A stretch of DNA of 19,791 bases from NCBI GenBank assembly GCA_046597055.1, contig JBKJLC010000120.1:1-19791 (forward strand), given 5' to 3'. This stretch comes from Kofleriaceae bacterium (GTDB taxonomy: Bacteria > Myxococcota_A > Polyangia > Haliangiales > Haliangiaceae). The position numbers and the translations under genes are program-made. This document shows, piece by piece, positions 18,273 through 19,791 of the stretch; the stretch's first letter is position 1; each line of letters begins with the position of its first letter. Below the pieces are notes generated by a model. That model made no database searches and was not told the DNA's origin. It was given only the letters and a program-made list of their open reading frames with translations.

Positions 18273-18691
18273 GATGGCGGGACCGGGCGGTCGGGACGGT
18301 CGCCGCCGGACGCGCGCATCGAGCGCGCGATCACGCCGATGCCACCGGCGATGAGCACCAGCATCGCCAGCGTGTTGAACAGGTTGGTGCTGCGGAAGTG
18401 GATCTGCATGTTGGCGACCACCCCGACCACGATCAGCAGGACACCACCACCGGCGAGCAGCCATCCGAGCTTGGCGCTGGCGTCCCAGAACAACCAGCCG
18501 ATGCCGACCAGCAGCGGCAGCAGCGTCAGCCCGAAGGTCCGGTCGCCACCCCAGCCGTTGCGCCAGTAGCCGCCGCTGTGGACGTCGACCTGGAGGAACA
18601 GCAGGTAGAGCCCGGCGACCAGCATCCCGAGCCCGAACAGGAAGGGGCCGAGTCCGCCTCGGGTGCCCCCGACGTCGCGCAGGTCATGCAT
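18269..18691 (-). CDS. Small Gly-rich membrane protein (about 4 TM), unknown function
   Basis: GGTRGGLGPFLFGL followed by four hydrophobic segments; strong GC3 bias; coupled to the HAD gene. Start is ATG 18691 or 18694. Confidence 0.8.
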   Translation of the reverse strand: MHDLRDVGGTRGGLGPFLFGLGMLVAGLYLLFLQVDVHSGGYWRNGWGGDRTFGLTLLPLLVGIGWLFWDASAKLGWLLAGGGVLLIVVGVVANMQIHFRSTNLFNTLAMLVLIAGGIGVIARSMRASGGDRPDRPVPPS

Positions 18692-18697
18692 CATTTC

Positions 18698-18706
18698 AGG
18701 ATAGCA
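18698..18706 (-). promoter_or_regulatory. Putative extended -10 element (TGcTATCCT) for the 8-gene MoxR operon
   Basis: The minus strand reads TGC TATCCT gaaatg ATG, placing the hexamer 6 nt before ATG 18691. No Shine-Dalgarno motif. Confidence 0.5.
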
Positions 18707-18749
18707 AACCCGCCCCCCGACCGTGATGCGCAGGAAGAGTTTGCCAGGG

Positions 18750-19775
18750 CTACAGCAGCTTCATCCGCTTCATGATGCCCAGGAGGGCAATCACCAGGAG
18801 CGACGCCACGCCCCAGAACGCGGCATAGCCGTACTCCCACTTGAGCTCGGGGAGCACGTCGAAGTTCATGCCGTAGACGCCGCACAGGAACGTCAGCGGC
18901 ATGAAGATGACGCTGACGACGGTCAGCTTGCTCATGACCTTGTTGGTCTGGTGCGCGACCATCGACATGTAGTTGTTGAGCGCGCCCGACAGGATGTCGC
19001 GATCGACCAGCACGTCCTGGAGCACGCGCTCGACGGTGCCGACCATGTTGCCGAGGAACGGCTGGGTCGCCTCGCTGACGAACGGCGACTTGCGGGTCGA
19101 GAGCTCGGTGAGCACCGCGCGCGCCGGCAAGACGATCTTGCGCAGGTGGAGCAGGTCGCTGCCGAGCTCGGACGCGGTCGCGAACACCGCGTCGTCGACC
19201 TGCCCGATCAGGCGCGTCTGCACCTGCTCGACCCGCTCTTCGAACGCCTTGTGCACCGTGAGGTAGTTGTCGATCAGGTGGTCCCACAGCTCGTAGAGCA
19301 GGAAGCTCGGGCTCTGCGCGAAGCGGACGAAGTCGGCGTGGTAGCTGCGGCGCACCGCCTCGAGGAAGATCGGCCGGCCGCGGTGGAGGGTGAGCAGGAA
19401 GCGCGCGCCCATGATCGCGTCGACCCGCTCGAGATCGAACTTGTGGCCGGCGAGCCGGCAGCCCGACATCACCAGGTGGATGTAGTCGTCGTAGCGGCCG
19501 ATCTGGGTCGCGGGCTCGCGGGTGAGCGCGTCCTCGACGATCTCGGGCGCGCACAGGCCGAGCTGCCCGAGCAGCCGGCGGGCCTCGTCGACCCGCGCGA
19601 CGTCGACGTCGATCCAGACGAACCGGCCGTCGGCCATCGCCGCCTTGGCCTCGGACAGCGGGATGATCGGATCCAGCTTCTTCGCGAAGTCGAACGAGAC
19701 CACGACCGCGAGCGGATCGCTGTCGGAGCCGAGGACCGCGCCGCTGGTCGCCGGGGTCGGGACGAGGTCGTTCAT
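18750..19775 (-). CDS. corA: CorA-family Mg2+/Co2+ transporter
   Basis: FVWID, long helical soluble domain, TNKVMSKLTVVSVIFMPLTFLCGVYGMNF (GMN signature), LPEL loop and two C-terminal TMs. Confidence 0.95.
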   Translation of the reverse strand: MNDLVPTPATSGAVLGSDSDPLAVVVSFDFAKKLDPIIPLSEAKAAMADGRFVWIDVDVARVDEARRLLGQLGLCAPEIVEDALTREPATQIGRYDDYIHLVMSGCRLAGHKFDLERVDAIMGARFLLTLHRGRPIFLEAVRRSYHADFVRFAQSPSFLLYELWDHLIDNYLTVHKAFEERVEQVQTRLIGQVDDAVFATASELGSDLLHLRKIVLPARAVLTELSTRKSPFVSEATQPFLGNMVGTVERVLQDVLVDRDILSGALNNYMSMVAHQTNKVMSKLTVVSVIFMPLTFLCGVYGMNFDVLPELKWEYGYAAFWGVASLLVIALLGIMKRMKLL

Positions 19776-19791
19776 GCTCGACTGCCCATCG

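Overview
Very GC-rich bacterial DNA, almost fully coding. The FHA-sigma54 activator-like gene and lipoprotein-rich content suggest Myxococcota (inference). Left half: 3' end of a probable M20 peptidase, an outer-membrane beta-barrel protein, an atypical FHA/GAF-like/AAA+ enhancer-binding-protein homologue lacking both the GAFTGA loop and the C-terminal HTH, an SDR oxidoreductase, a TraB/GumN lipoprotein and two divergent alpha/beta hydrolases. Middle: a two-gene cassette (small ORF overlapping a minimal nucleotidyltransferase), an unexplained spacer, a HEAT-repeat/THUMP-like/SAM methyltransferase fusion and two tandem paralogous membrane proteins. Right half, minus strand: corA, then a tightly coupled 8-gene operon (small membrane protein, HAD hydrolase, DUF4129-like, DUF4350-like, MoxR AAA+, DUF58/VWA-like, SpoIIM-like, RDD). 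This operon is the best candidate for an uncharacterised membrane-associated chaperone/assembly system. Several transcription units show a TAnnnT hexamer 6-8 nt before the start codon, suggesting leaderless mRNAs. No rRNA, tRNA, CRISPR array or transposase was seen. Family calls come from motif recognition by eye, not from database searches. Many start codons were moved relative to the supplied ORF track.
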